From Squalus acanthias (lineage: Eukaryota), in the NCBI GenBank assembly GCA_030390025.1, contig JASTWF010000148.1, positions 62,001 through 126,000 on the forward strand: a stretch of DNA of 64,000 bases, given 5' to 3'. The notes under the pieces were generated by a model. The model was given only the letters and a program-made list of their open reading frames with translations. It was not told the origin of the DNA and made no database searches. The position numbers and the translations under genes were made by a program. Below are positions 13,655 to 25,077 of this stretch, piece after piece. The stretch's first letter is position 1. Each line of letters starts with the position of its first letter.

Positions 13655-13960
13655 ATCACAGAATCACAGAATCCCCACAGTGCAGATAGAGGCCATTTCG
13701 GCCCATCGAGCCTGCACCGACACATATCCCACCCTATCCCCGTAACCACACGTATTTAATCCCCCTAACACTAAGGGTCAATTTATCATCGCCAACCTAA
13801 CCCGCACATCTTTGGACTGTGGGAGGAAACCGGAGCACCCGGAGGAAACCCACGCAGACAATGTGCAAACTCCACACAGACAGTCACCCGTGGCCGGATT
13901 CGAACCTGGGTCCCTGGCGCTGTGAGGCAACAGTGCTAACCACTATGCCACCGTGTTGCA
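13655..13960 (-). mobile_element. HE1-type tRNA-derived V-SINE
   Basis: Minus-strand head TAGTGGTTAGCAC...GGTTCGAATCC (A/B boxes) plus V-domain GGGTTTCCTCCGGGTGCTCCGGTTTCC. Confidence 0.8.
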
Positions 13961-15299
13961 CCGTATCATCCTCACTGTTTGCCACACCCCCAAGTTTGGT
14001 GTCATCGGCAAATTTAGAAATTCTACTTTGTATTCAAAAATCCAGGTCATTTATATATATATAAAAAAAAGCAGTGGCCCCAGCAATGACCCTTGGGGAA
14101 CATCACTGTCTACCATCCTCCAGTCTGAAAAACAGCCATTTACCACAACTTGCTGTTTTCTGTCCCTAAGTCAATTCCTTATCCAAGCTGCCAATAGCCT
14201 CAATTTTGTTAACCAACATTCTATGTGATACTTTGTCAAAAGCCTTCCTAAAATTCCCTTCAGCGATCCTACCTGTTAGTTCATCAAAAAAAATCAATTC
14301 GATTAGTCAAACATTTACAAATCCGTGTTGGCTCTCCTTAATTAGCTTAACCCTCTCCAAGTGCCCGTTAATTTTTTTCTTGATTATAGTTTCTAAAACA
14401 TTACCCACCACTGATGTTAAACTGACCGGCCTGCAGTTACTAGGATTGTCCTTACACCCTTTTTTGAACAATGGTGTCACATTTGCCACTTTATAATCAT
14501 CGGCACCTCCCCTGCATCTAGGGAACATTGGAAAATTATGGCAAGCCCTTCCGCTATCTCCTCCCCCAATTCCCTTAGCAACCTGGGATGCAAGCCATCT
14601 GGACCAGGTGACTTATCCACTTTAAGCCTTTCTAATATATCCTGTCTATCAATTTACTCCCCTTCCATTGCTTCTAACTTTTCCACTGCTACCGATATTT
14701 TGTCAGCATCCACCTCCTTAGTAAACACCGATACAAAGTACTCATTGAGTATTCCAGCCTTGCCCTGCGCCTCTAAGCATATATCACCTTCTTTGTCGCT
14801 AATAGGCCCCACACCGCTTACTGTTTGCATGCCGGTAGAGTATTTTTGGGTTCCCTTTTATGTTAACATAAGAAATAGGAGAAGGAGTAGGCCATTCAAT
14901 GAGATCATGGCTGATATTCTGCCTCAACTCCATTCACCGGTCCGAGCACCATATTCCTTGATGCCCTTACTAGTCAGAAATCTATCGACTTCTGTTTTGA
15001 ATATACCCAATGACTGAGCCTCCACAACCCTCTGGGGTACAGAATTCCAAAGATTCACCACCCTCTGTGTGAAGACATTTCTTCTCATCTCTGTCCTGAA
15101 TGGCCTACCATTTATCTTGAGGCTGTGGCCCCTGGTTCTAGACTCCCCAGCCAAGGGAAACATTCTCCCAGCATCCATCATAGAAACATAGAAACATAGA
15201 ATCTAGGAGCAGGAGTAGGCCATTCGGCCCGTCGAGCCTGCTCCGCCATTCAATACGATCATGGCTGATCATCCAAATCCAGTACCCTGTCCCTGCTTT

Positions 15300-15612
15300 A
15301 ATCCCCACAGTACACATATCCCACCCTACCCCCGTAACCCCACGTATTTAATTCCCCCTAACATATCCCATCCTATCCCCATAACCCCACATATTTAATC
15401 CCCCCTAACACTAAGGGTCAATTTATCATAGCCAAATCAACCTAACCCACACATTTTTGGACTGTGGGAGGAAACCGGAGCACCCGGAGGAAACCCACGC
15501 AGACACGGGGAGAATGTGCAAACTCCACACAGACAGTCACCCGAGGTCTGATTCGAACCCGGGTCTCTGGCGCTGTGAGGCAGCAGTGCTAACCACTATG
15601 CCTCCGTGTTGC
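15300..15612 (-). mobile_element. HE1-type tRNA-derived V-SINE
   Basis: Same family as 13655-13960, inserted in CR1. Confidence 0.8.
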
Positions 15613-17156
15613 CTATCAAGCCCTGTAATAATTTTGTATGCTTCAATGAGATCCCCTCTCATTCTTCTGAATTCAAGAGAATACAGGCCTAGTTTACTCA
15701 ATTTCTTCTCATACGCCAGTCCCGCAATCCCAGGAATCAATCTCGTGAACCTTCGTTGCATTCCCTCTGTGGCAAGTATATCCTTCCTTAGGTAAGGAGA
15801 CCAAAATTGTACACAGTACTCCAGGTGTGGTCTCACCAATGCCCAAATAATTGGAGTAAGACTTCATTACTCCTGTACTCAAATTCTCTTGTAATGAAGA
15901 CCAGCATACCATTTGCCTTCCTAATGACTTGCTGCACCTGCGCATTCACTTTCAGTGACTCATGTGCAAGGGCACCCGGGTCCCTTTGAGCATCTGCATT
16001 CCCCAATCTTTCACCATTTAGGAAATACTCTGCCTTTCTGTTTTTTCTACCAAAGTGGATCACTTCACATTTATCCACATTCTATTCCATCTGCCATGTT
16101 CTCGCCCACTCACTGAGCCTGTCGAGATCCCCTTGAAGCCTCTTAACCGCCATTCTACTCTCATATTCTCTCTTTGCCAATCTTCATTTTCATCTTCACT
16201 TCCCCTCTCAACTTATTGTATTTGGTCTGTTTCTCCCATGGAGAATTCACCTGACATGCATCATACACTCTCTATGTTTGTTTCATCAATCTCTCTACCT
16301 CCCTCGTCATCCAAGTAGCCCTTGTTTTGATTCACTTACCCTTCCCTCTTGTTGAAATGTACCTAGCCTGTACTTGGAACATCTCCTCCTTAAAGATCAC
16401 CCATTGTTCCGAAATTGTGAGAAATGTGAAAAGCTAGAGCTGCGTTTACCGGAACACAGATAGCTAAATCTAGTGTTCGATATTAAGAATAACTATTAGA
16501 GGGTAAATAGTGAAAGCTATCACTGGAGAATTTGGATTCAGGGTGTCGCAGGGTTAGATGACTAGGGGACAAGGATTAATGTTAAAGGTGTGGAAGGAAA
16601 GTGTGAACGTTTAATAACATTGTTAAATTTAAGGAACTTATTATGGACATGTTGCCAGCGGCGGGATGAAACAGAACGCCATGATAATGTTTATAAGAAG
16701 GGGAAGAATTCATGTCACTAAAGGAGACACAGAGCTGGTAGATCTAGAATCACCACAAGGAAGGTCAGGAGACATTTGTCATGCAGAGGATACACAGAGC
16801 AATGGCCGTTTCTTAAGCAAACCATTACTATACATTTCTGAACTTCTTGGGTGACCGGTAACAAGGGAACATAGCATTAGGCTTAGTGTCGGAATGATGA
16901 TAGTAAGGTATAATATTATCTTAGAATGTGGAATAAATTACCACAAGTGACCATAGAGGGCGAGTCAATCACAATGTTAAGGATGCGTTAAAAGAAACAA
17001 AATAGAAAATATTGTAGGACAGAGGGAATAGGACTGGAGTAAATACTTCCAGTTTACAGTTTGTAATGTCTCAGGTGGCTGGGGTCGGAAAAGCGTTCTT
17101 CTCTGGTTACATTTCGGAGATTCACTGTAGAATAATGTAGCGCTCACATTCATCAT

Positions 17157-17899
17157 GGGCCGAAAATTGATCCCGGGACGCGAGAGTACGCACTGCGTAC
17201 TCTCGCGTATTCCCACTCCAATTGCCGGTTTTCTGCATGCCCTGCGCATGCGCTGAAAACCGGCAATTGCTCTTCAGAAAAGGGGGCGGGTCCTCGGTGC
17301 ATCGCGTGCGCGCTACAGGCTGCGCGCACGCTGTGCACTTCATGCTTTGGACGCGCAGGTAAGTACGGAAGATTTTGGAAATGTAAAAAGGAGGAGTAAG
17401 ACCCACTTTTAAGAAGGTAAGTAGTGAATTAAGTATTTTTTTGAATTTTTTTTTACAGGTATATCTTTTTTAGAGACTTTAAAGACAGGTAAGTTTATTT
17501 TTAAAACTTTTTAAAAGATTTTAAATTTTTTCAAAAATTTAATTTTTTATTTAAAATGGTTAATTTAATTAACTATACTTATTTTATTAATGTGATGGGG
17601 TTTTTTTTAAATTAATTGAGGTTTAGCTGTTATTTTGGGGGGGTGTAAGATTCATAGATTTCACAGCCATGCTGTGAGACTTATGAATGGAAGATGGTGT
17701 GCTGCCATTGGCTCTAACTGAGTCACGTGATCCCACAGCTCGCACGAATTCACTACGCCGCTGGGATACGCAAGCACTGCCCAGCTGATCTCTAGAACAT
17801 GAAGTTCGTGCGAGCTGGATCTGAAAAAGCACAAGCGAGGTGAGAGATCGCGGGAAAGCCTTACCCCCGCGGGAACAGAGCGAGATCAATTTCTGGGCC
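17157..17899. mobile_element. Second copy of the ~740-bp Harbinger-like element, inverted relative to 10265-11006
   Basis: Near-identical reverse complement; TSD CAT. Confidence 0.85.
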
Positions 17900-18902
17900 C
17901 ATGTGTTTTAACCAACATGAAGGAACTTAACCTGCTGCAGAAAGTGTATGGGCCGTTCTAATTTACGATGGTTTTGGGTGACAATTATTCATATTGAACA
18001 GTTGATCACTCAAGCCCTGGGAAAAGGGACATAGGAACGGGAGTAGACCTGTTCCGCCATTCAGTTAGATCATGGCTGATCTCTATCTTAACTCCATTTA
18101 CCCGCCTTCGTTCCACATCCCTTAATAGCCTTGCCTAACAAACATCTATCCATCTGTTTTTTAATTTTGAGTTGACCTAGCCTCAAAAGCTTTTTGGAGG
18201 ACAGAGTTCCAGACTTAGAATCATAGAATCATTCAGCACATAAGGAGGCCATTCGGCCCCTCCTGCCCGTGTCGGCTCATCTAAGGAGCTGTCCAATTAG
18301 TCCCACCCCCTGCTTTTCCTCAAAGTCCTGAAAATGTTTCCTTTTTAAAAATATATCCAGTTCCCGCTGGAAAGGTACTATTGAATCTGCTTCCACCAGC
18401 CTTTCAGGTAATGCATTCCAGATCATAACATCTTGCTGAGTAAAATAATATCTCCTCGTCTCCCCACTGGCTTCTTGGCAATTATGTTAACCTCTACTGT
18501 CTGAAAAAATGCCAATTTAGAAGCAGACAGATGCGGAGGAAGGTGTTGTTTGGTGCTTGAGAAAACTGAATTCAATTTTGTGTTAAGAAGCCGATGAGAA
18601 GGCTTGTAGTGCAGGACATCAGAAATGCCAAAAAAGTAGTGCAGTAGGGAGCTAAATAAGGAAGTGGCGTTTGGTTGATCTCAGACTTGGGTTTTAATAT
18701 CCTGTAATTTGTATGAGGAAGGGACACTGTGATGATAAGGAGTTCATGGGTGTGCGGATCTAGTGGCGAATTGGTTCCAAAGTGAAAAAGAAATGGTAAT
18801 CTATGTGTGACGTTCAGACATTTAAATTAGGGAATGTCACACATTGATCAGCATTGGTCAGAATAGTCAACCAAAGTATATTCAGGTCCCTGAGCACAGG
18901 GT

Positions 18903-19090
18903 NNNNNNNNNNNNNNNNNNNNNNNNNNNNNNNNNNNNNNNNNNNNNNNNNNNNNNNNNNNNNNNNNNNNNNNNNNNNNNNNNNNNNNNNNNNNNNNNNN
19001 NNNNNNNNNNNNNNNNNNNNNNNNNNNNNNNNNNNNNNNNNNNNNNNNNNNNNNNNNNNNNNNNNNNNNNNNNNNNNNNNNNNNNNNNNN
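18903..19090. other. Assembly gap (N run)
   Basis: Run of N. Confidence 0.99.
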
Positions 19091-21266
19091 TCTTTAGTAA
19101 TATCTGTGAAGCGAAAGGTTACATTACATCCAAATGTTGTGGCCAAGCAGTATCTCATTACCTGCTGTGCTATTGTGCAGACGCTCCGTGGTTGAGCTTT
19201 CTTCATAGTTACACTGTATCGTTACATTTCCTCCTTCATAAACTGCAGATGGTTATTAAAATGATGGAATCCTCTGTCAAAAGGAGTAGATGTCTTTTCT
19301 AAGTCTGAAAGTCTGAAAGCTGATGGCATTTTGAGGAGAGGATACAGGACTATGGAGGGAGTGGATAAGTTTGACTATATTTGGATTACTCCAGCAAAGG
19401 CCTGGCACAAACATGGTGGGCTGAATGGCCTCTTTCAGTTTTGAGGGGGAAATTACCTACTTCAGCGCTGCAAACTTCAGGTACTCCTAAGGTATAAAGC
19501 AGAAGCGGTGCCAGTCTGCACTTCCCTCCCTAAAACAAGAGCAGGTGTCGCACCGATTTGCTTTACTTCGCTGGATTCCCAAATTAGGAGCTGACCCTCG
19601 ATTAGCCTTTATGATTAAAAATACGATTGCAATATTAGTAAGAGAGAATGTAGGTGAGGGAAAGCAATCAGTGAGACTCTATGGTTAGAAATGAGGAATA
19701 AAAGTGGAGTAAAACTGTAATTGGAGTTGTCTACAGGCCTCCTGACAGCAGCGATTAACTGGCTGAATGCATTAATTCAGAAATTAGTGAGGCTTGTAGC
19801 AAAAGCAGAATAGTTTTAATTGTATAACTTTAATATTCATATAGATTTGGAAGAGCAGAGTAGCTCAAGCCAGAAAGGTAGTGAATTTCTTGAGTGCTTT
19901 CAAGGTAATTTTGTGGAGCAATACTTATACAACCAACAAGAGTTTAGGCTATACTAGATTTAGTAAGGAGTAATGACCAGAATTAGTCAATAATCTAACA
20001 GTAAGAGAACATTCATCCAACAGCGATCATAATATGATCGAATTCAATGTTACGTTTCAAAAGAATAACCGCAACACAGTTACTAAGATTCTAGGTTTTG
20101 GTTAAGGCTAACACTGAATAACGATTGCAAAATGCTGCAGTCACTATTTGCATTTGAAAAAGAAACACATTAGCGCCACCGTGCGTTTGGTATATGGCAG
20201 AAGTAATTCCATTTCTTGTCCCTCTCCTCTCTCAGTCGGTGAAGAGTGGCGCCACATTCACTTTGATCCAGAAGATCTTCAGGTAACTATGCACACGAAG
20301 GTTACCATGTCACTCGGAAGTCCTTGTCCGATGTTATTTATGAACCCCGGCTTCTAATTGTCCCTAAATGTGGGAGCGCTGTCTGTGGCGGCTCTATGAA
20401 CTGTGATTATGGATGGATATTCTGGTGTCCATCACGGTTACTTCTGGAGATTATGGAATATTTGAGCAGACCGTTTCCCCGAGAGAAAATGAGTGAGGTG
20501 TTGTCTGCAGTAGGGAAGCTCACACCTGGTCTGTAGAGGGATCCGGTCTGAGAACCCGAATGTCCTTCAACTAGTCAATTGCATGTATAATTCTAATTCT
20601 AATTTATACGGTTAAAGATTTAAATTATTCTAACCCAAGGTGTCACTTTTGTTGAAGAAACACAGACTATTATTCGCTATCCTAACCACCAGGGGGCATC
20701 TTTTCTGTGTTATTGAAGAAGATGAATATGTATAAAGTCTATTATTTTAACTTGAACTGTTAACTGGCAGAGCCCAATGATAATGTGAATTCACTATTCG
20801 CTAAGCGCAGTCATTATCCCGACTGTCACCAGCACAGACCTGGAGATGGAACTATGATCTTAACCTGCTGGGCCATCAAATCAATCATGGGAGCATTTTC
20901 CTAAACAGGAACGAGGACACGGTATAAAACAAATCGGACCAAAATATGATACCAGGGATGAGGGACTTCGGTTATATGGAGAGACTGGGGGTGGCTGGAA
21001 TTGTTCTCCTTAGAGAAGGTCACGGGAGGATTTAAAAAAGGTCATTCAATGTTATAAGAGCATTCTTATAGAGTAAATAAAAAGAAATGAAGAAAGCATT
21101 TGCATTTATACAGCGCCTTTCACAATCTCAGGAAGTCCCAAAGTTAACAACACATTCCATCATTAAAGTCAGGTGTAGACGGAGAGTCCGCCCACTGTGC
21201 CGGTTTTCTGTGTGGGGGGATGGTAGAAGCGGGGAATTCACAAACCTGACAAGACCTGGGACTGGT

Positions 21267-21475
21267 AGTTTTTGTACCAGTGTCAAGTGTTCATGTAACA
21301 CGGTGCTACATAGCCGCGCAGTAATACACGGCGGAGTCAGACAGCTGGGTGTGGGTGATGTTCAAAGGGATCTTTTTGTTCATTCTGTCCTGTACGGCAG
21401 AAAACCGCTTTGTAAAGGCCGGTGCGTTCTCTTCATTCCCAGCAGTGTGTCTGACGAGCATATACTGCAGGCCTG
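21267..21475 (-). pseudogene. 3' half of a TCR V segment with 23-RSS; 5' half replaced by an RTE LINE
   Basis: GLQYML...KRFSA...LSDSAVYYCAA; RSS CACCGTG(21305-21299)-23-ACAAAAACT(21275-21267); no B-strand Cys, Trp or leader found. Confidence 0.88.
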
Positions 21476-22530
21476 GGTGGGGTGCTTGGGTTGACTTGCG
21501 CTCCTTGCGCTGCCTGTGCTTGGCTTCTGCTTGCTCCCGGCGAGGAGACTCGAGGTGTTCGGCGCCTTCCCGGATGCTTCTCCTCCACTTTGTGCAGTCT
21601 TGGGCCAGGGATTCCCAGGTGTCGGTGGGGACGTTACACTTTTTCAAGGAGGCTTTGAGGGTGTCCTTGAAGCGTTTTCTCTGCCCACCTGGGGCTCTCT
21701 TGCCGTGCCGGAGCTCCGAGTAGAGCGCTTGTTTTGGGAGTCTCGTATCGGGCATGCGGACGATGTGACCCGTCCATCAGAGCTGATCGAGCGTGGTCAA
21801 AGCTTCGATGCTGGGGATTTCGGCCTGAGCGAGAACACTGACGTTGGTGCACCTATCCTGCATTTGGATTTGCAGGATCTTGCGGAGGCAGCGTTGGTGG
21901 TCCCTCTCCAGTGCTTTGAGGTGCCTGCTGTACATGGTCCATGTCTCTGAGGCTTAGAGCAGGACGGGTATCACTGCTGCTCTGTAGACCATGAGGTTAG
22001 TGCCGGGTTTGAGGTCCTGGTCTTCAAACACTCTCTTCCTCAGGCGACCGAAGGCTGCACTGGCACACTGAAAGCGGTGTTGGACTTCGTCATCGACGTC
22101 TGCCCTTGTTGACAATAGGCTCCCGAGGTATGGAAAGTGGTCCTCGTTGTCCAAGGCCTTGTCGTGGATTTTGATAATCGGGGGGCAGTACTGTGTGGTT
22201 GGGGCAAGTTGGTAGAGGACCTTTCTCTTACAGATGTTTAGAGTAAGTCCCATGCTCTCGTACGCTTCGGTGAAGGTGTTGATGATGGTTTGGAGTTCGA
22301 CCTCCGAGTGAGCGCAGACGCAAGCGTCGTCTGCATACTGTAATTCGACGACAGAGGATGGGACGACCTTGGATCTGGACTGGAGGTGATGGAGGTTGAG
22401 CAGTTCCCCGTTTGTTGTGTAAATTAGCTCCACTCCAGTGGGGAGCTTACTGAGGATGAGATGGAGCATTGCAGCAAGGCAGACCGAGAAGAGTGTTGGT
22501 GCGATGACACAGCCTTGCTTGACCCCTTGC
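21476..22530 (-). mobile_element. RTE-clade LINE fragment
   Basis: GVKQGCVIAPTLF, LQYADD, FPYLGS, RLPKQALYSEL motifs. Confidence 0.88.
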
Positions 22531-22824
22531 TTGCTTGTATCGTTCAATGTACACAGCCACACCTTTGTATCTATTAACAATCTGGTATCAGTAAAAGTGA
22601 TCGTGAAACTGTCGGATTCTTGTAAAAACCCAGTTGGTTCACCAATGTCCTTTAGGAAAGGAAACCTGCCATCCTTACCCGGTCTGTGTTTATATGTGAC
22701 GCCAGTCCCCACATCAATATAGTTTACTCTTAACTGTCCTTTGAAGTGACCTGACAAGCCATTCAGTGGTACCAAACCGCTCGGACGAGTAGAACTGCAG
22801 TGGTTCAAGTAGAAGGCCCACCAT

Positions 22825-24146
22825 CAAGACACGGATTAATGAAAGATAGTCAGCACGGACTTGTTAAGGAAAGGTTGGGTCTGACAAACTTGACTGAAAT
22901 TTTTGAGGAGGTAACAAGGAGGGTAGACGAGGGTAGTGCGTTTGATGTAGTGTATATGGACTTTAGCAAGGCTTTTGATAAGGTTCCACATGGCAGACTG
23001 GTCACGAAGTTAAAAGCCCATGGGATCCAGGGCAAAGTGTCAAGTTGGATTCAAAACTGACTAGGAGACAGGAAGCAGAGGGTAATGGTTGATGGATGTT
23101 TTAGTAACTGGAAGGCTGTTTCTAGTGGGGTTCCGCAGGGCTCAGTACTAGGTCCCTGGCTTTTTGTGGTATATATCAACGATCTAGACTTGAATATAGG
23201 GGGTATGATTAAGAAGTTTGCAGAGGATACTAAAATCGGCTGTGTGGTTGATACTGAAGAAGGAAGCTGTAGACTGCTGGAAAATATCAATAAATTGGTC
23301 AGGTGGGCAGAACAGTGACAAATGGAATTCAATCCGGAGAAGTGTGAGGTAATGCATTTGGGGAGCGCTAACAAGGAAAGGGAATACACATTAAATGGTA
23401 GGACAATGAGTAGTGTAGAGGAACAAAGGGACCTTGGCGTGCATGTCCACAGATCCCTGAAGGTAGCAGGCCAGGTAGATAAGGTGGTTAAGAAGGCATA
23501 CGGAATGCTTGCCTTTATTAGCCGTGGCATAGAATACAAGAGCAGGGGGGTTATGCTTCGACTGTATAAAACACTAGTTAGGCCTCAGCTAGAGTACTGC
23601 GTGCAGTTCTGCTCACCACATTACAGGAAATATGTGATTGCACTAGAGAGGGTACAGAGGAGATTTACAAGGATGTTGCCGGGAGTAGAGAATCTTAGCT
23701 ATGAGGAAAGACTGGATAGGCTGAGTCTGCTTTCCTTGGAACAGAGGAGGCTGAGGGGAGACCTTATTGAGGTGTATAAAATTATGAGGGGCATAGATAA
23801 AGTGGATAGAAATGACCTATTTCCCTTAGCAGAGGGGTCAAAAACCAGGGGGCACCGATTTAAAGTAATTGGTGGAAGGTTTAGAGGGGATTTGAGGGGA
23901 ATTTTTTTCGCCTAGAGGGCTGTGGGGATCTGGAACTCACTGCCTGAAAGGATGGTAGAGGCAGGAACCCTAACCACATTTAAAAAGTACTTGGATGTGC
24001 AATTGGGATGCTCTAACCTGCAGGGCTACGGACCAAGAGCTGGGGAGTGGGTTTCGGCTGGATAGCTCTTTGTTGGCCGGCGCGGACACGATGGGCCGAA
24101 ATGGCCTCCTTCCGTGCTGTAACTTTCTATGATTCTATGATTCTAT
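22825..24146 (+). mobile_element. CR1/HER1 LINE 3' portion inserted into a SINE
   Basis: YMDFSKAFDKV, GVPQGSVLGP, FAEDTK; (TTCTATGA)n tail. Confidence 0.9.
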
Positions 24147-25031
24147 AAGGGGCATCTTGGCAATGGGCAATAAATGCCGGCCTTGACAGCGACGCCCACA
24201 TCCCCCGAATTAATAAGAAAGTGAAAGCTTTAACAGGCATTGGCATTATTTTCTGGTTGCTCGCAGAGATTGATTGATACACTTTCGTTAGGAAAGGTCA
24301 TTAAGTGATACGGGACCAAGGAGGGTAGCTGGAGTTCAAATACAGATCTGCCATGATCTAATTGAGTGGCAGAGCAGGCTAAAGGGGCTGAATGGTCGAC
24401 TGCTCTTCCAATGTTCCTGTAAGACACGTTGTGCCGAAAGGCAGAGCAAGATCCCACAAACAGAAATGTGATGATGACCAGATAAGAGATTGGTTTTTGT
24501 TAGTGTCGGTTGAGGAATAAATATTTGCCATGACCAGGGTAGAAATCCCTCCGCTCTTCTTCGAATGGTTCTGCGGGATCTTTTACATCCACCTGAGAGG
24601 AAAGGCTGGGCCTTGGTTTAAGGAGGGTGAAGTATCAGCTCATGTTTTGTGTTCATGTCTCTGGAGTGCGGCTTGTTCTCTGCAACCTTATGACTCAGAA
24701 GAGAGAGTGTTGCCTCGAAGACAAGGCTGGCACAAAACGGCCGTGTGAAAGCGAGACTGATTTTACTTTGGGTGTTTGGCGTTTTACATTTTCTTTCACA
24801 TTTCTGGCCTCCTTGAGATTCGGGCCTAGATTTTAATTCTTGCAACAACAAGCCGGAGGTGGAAAGAGCACAGAGCACGGTGTGAGATCTTGAGTGTTGA
24901 CGTAGGGGAAGTAGAGACGAGATTCACTCGCTGATTCCAATGCTCGGGAGAGGCGACACTTTGCTCGCTTCAGACGCCATCAGTTGCGTTGCCCGTGCGG
25001 TGAAGGAGCACACGGGACAGTTTCGGTTGAA

Positions 25032-25077
25032 ATGGAGATCGTGTTATTGTCGCTGACTCTCTGGGCTTATTTCCAAC
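25032..25077 (+). CDS. Exon 1: signal peptide of the germline-joined TCR-like gene
   Basis: ATG at 25032, MEIVLLSLTLWAYFQ + C, then GTATGT donor (phase 1, 46 nt like other leaders here); joins in frame to 26202. Confidence 0.8.

Larger units (their letters stand above)
12780..16140 (-). mobile_element. Nested CR1/HER1 LINE fragments
   Basis: Multiple RT-domain pieces (ANVTPLFKKG, RPQLEYCVQFWSP, FFTQRVV). Confidence 0.88.

Noticed and set aside
18814-19302. ORFs spanning the N run
   Set aside because: Artefacts of the assembly gap
20230-20540. Possible very degenerate V relic (EG..VT, MNC..FW, DRF)
   Set aside because: Motifs in different frames, no YYC or RSS; cannot be supported
21306-21755. 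149-aa ORF fusing RTE C-terminus to a V domain 3' half
   Set aside because: Chance in-frame junction of a LINE insertion with a truncated V; no leader or splice support
24492-24500. Perfect nonamer GGTTTTTGT upstream of the VJ-C gene (and GGTTTTTAC at ~26618)
   Set aside because: No heptamer at 12 or 23 bp and no FGxG downstream; not J segments
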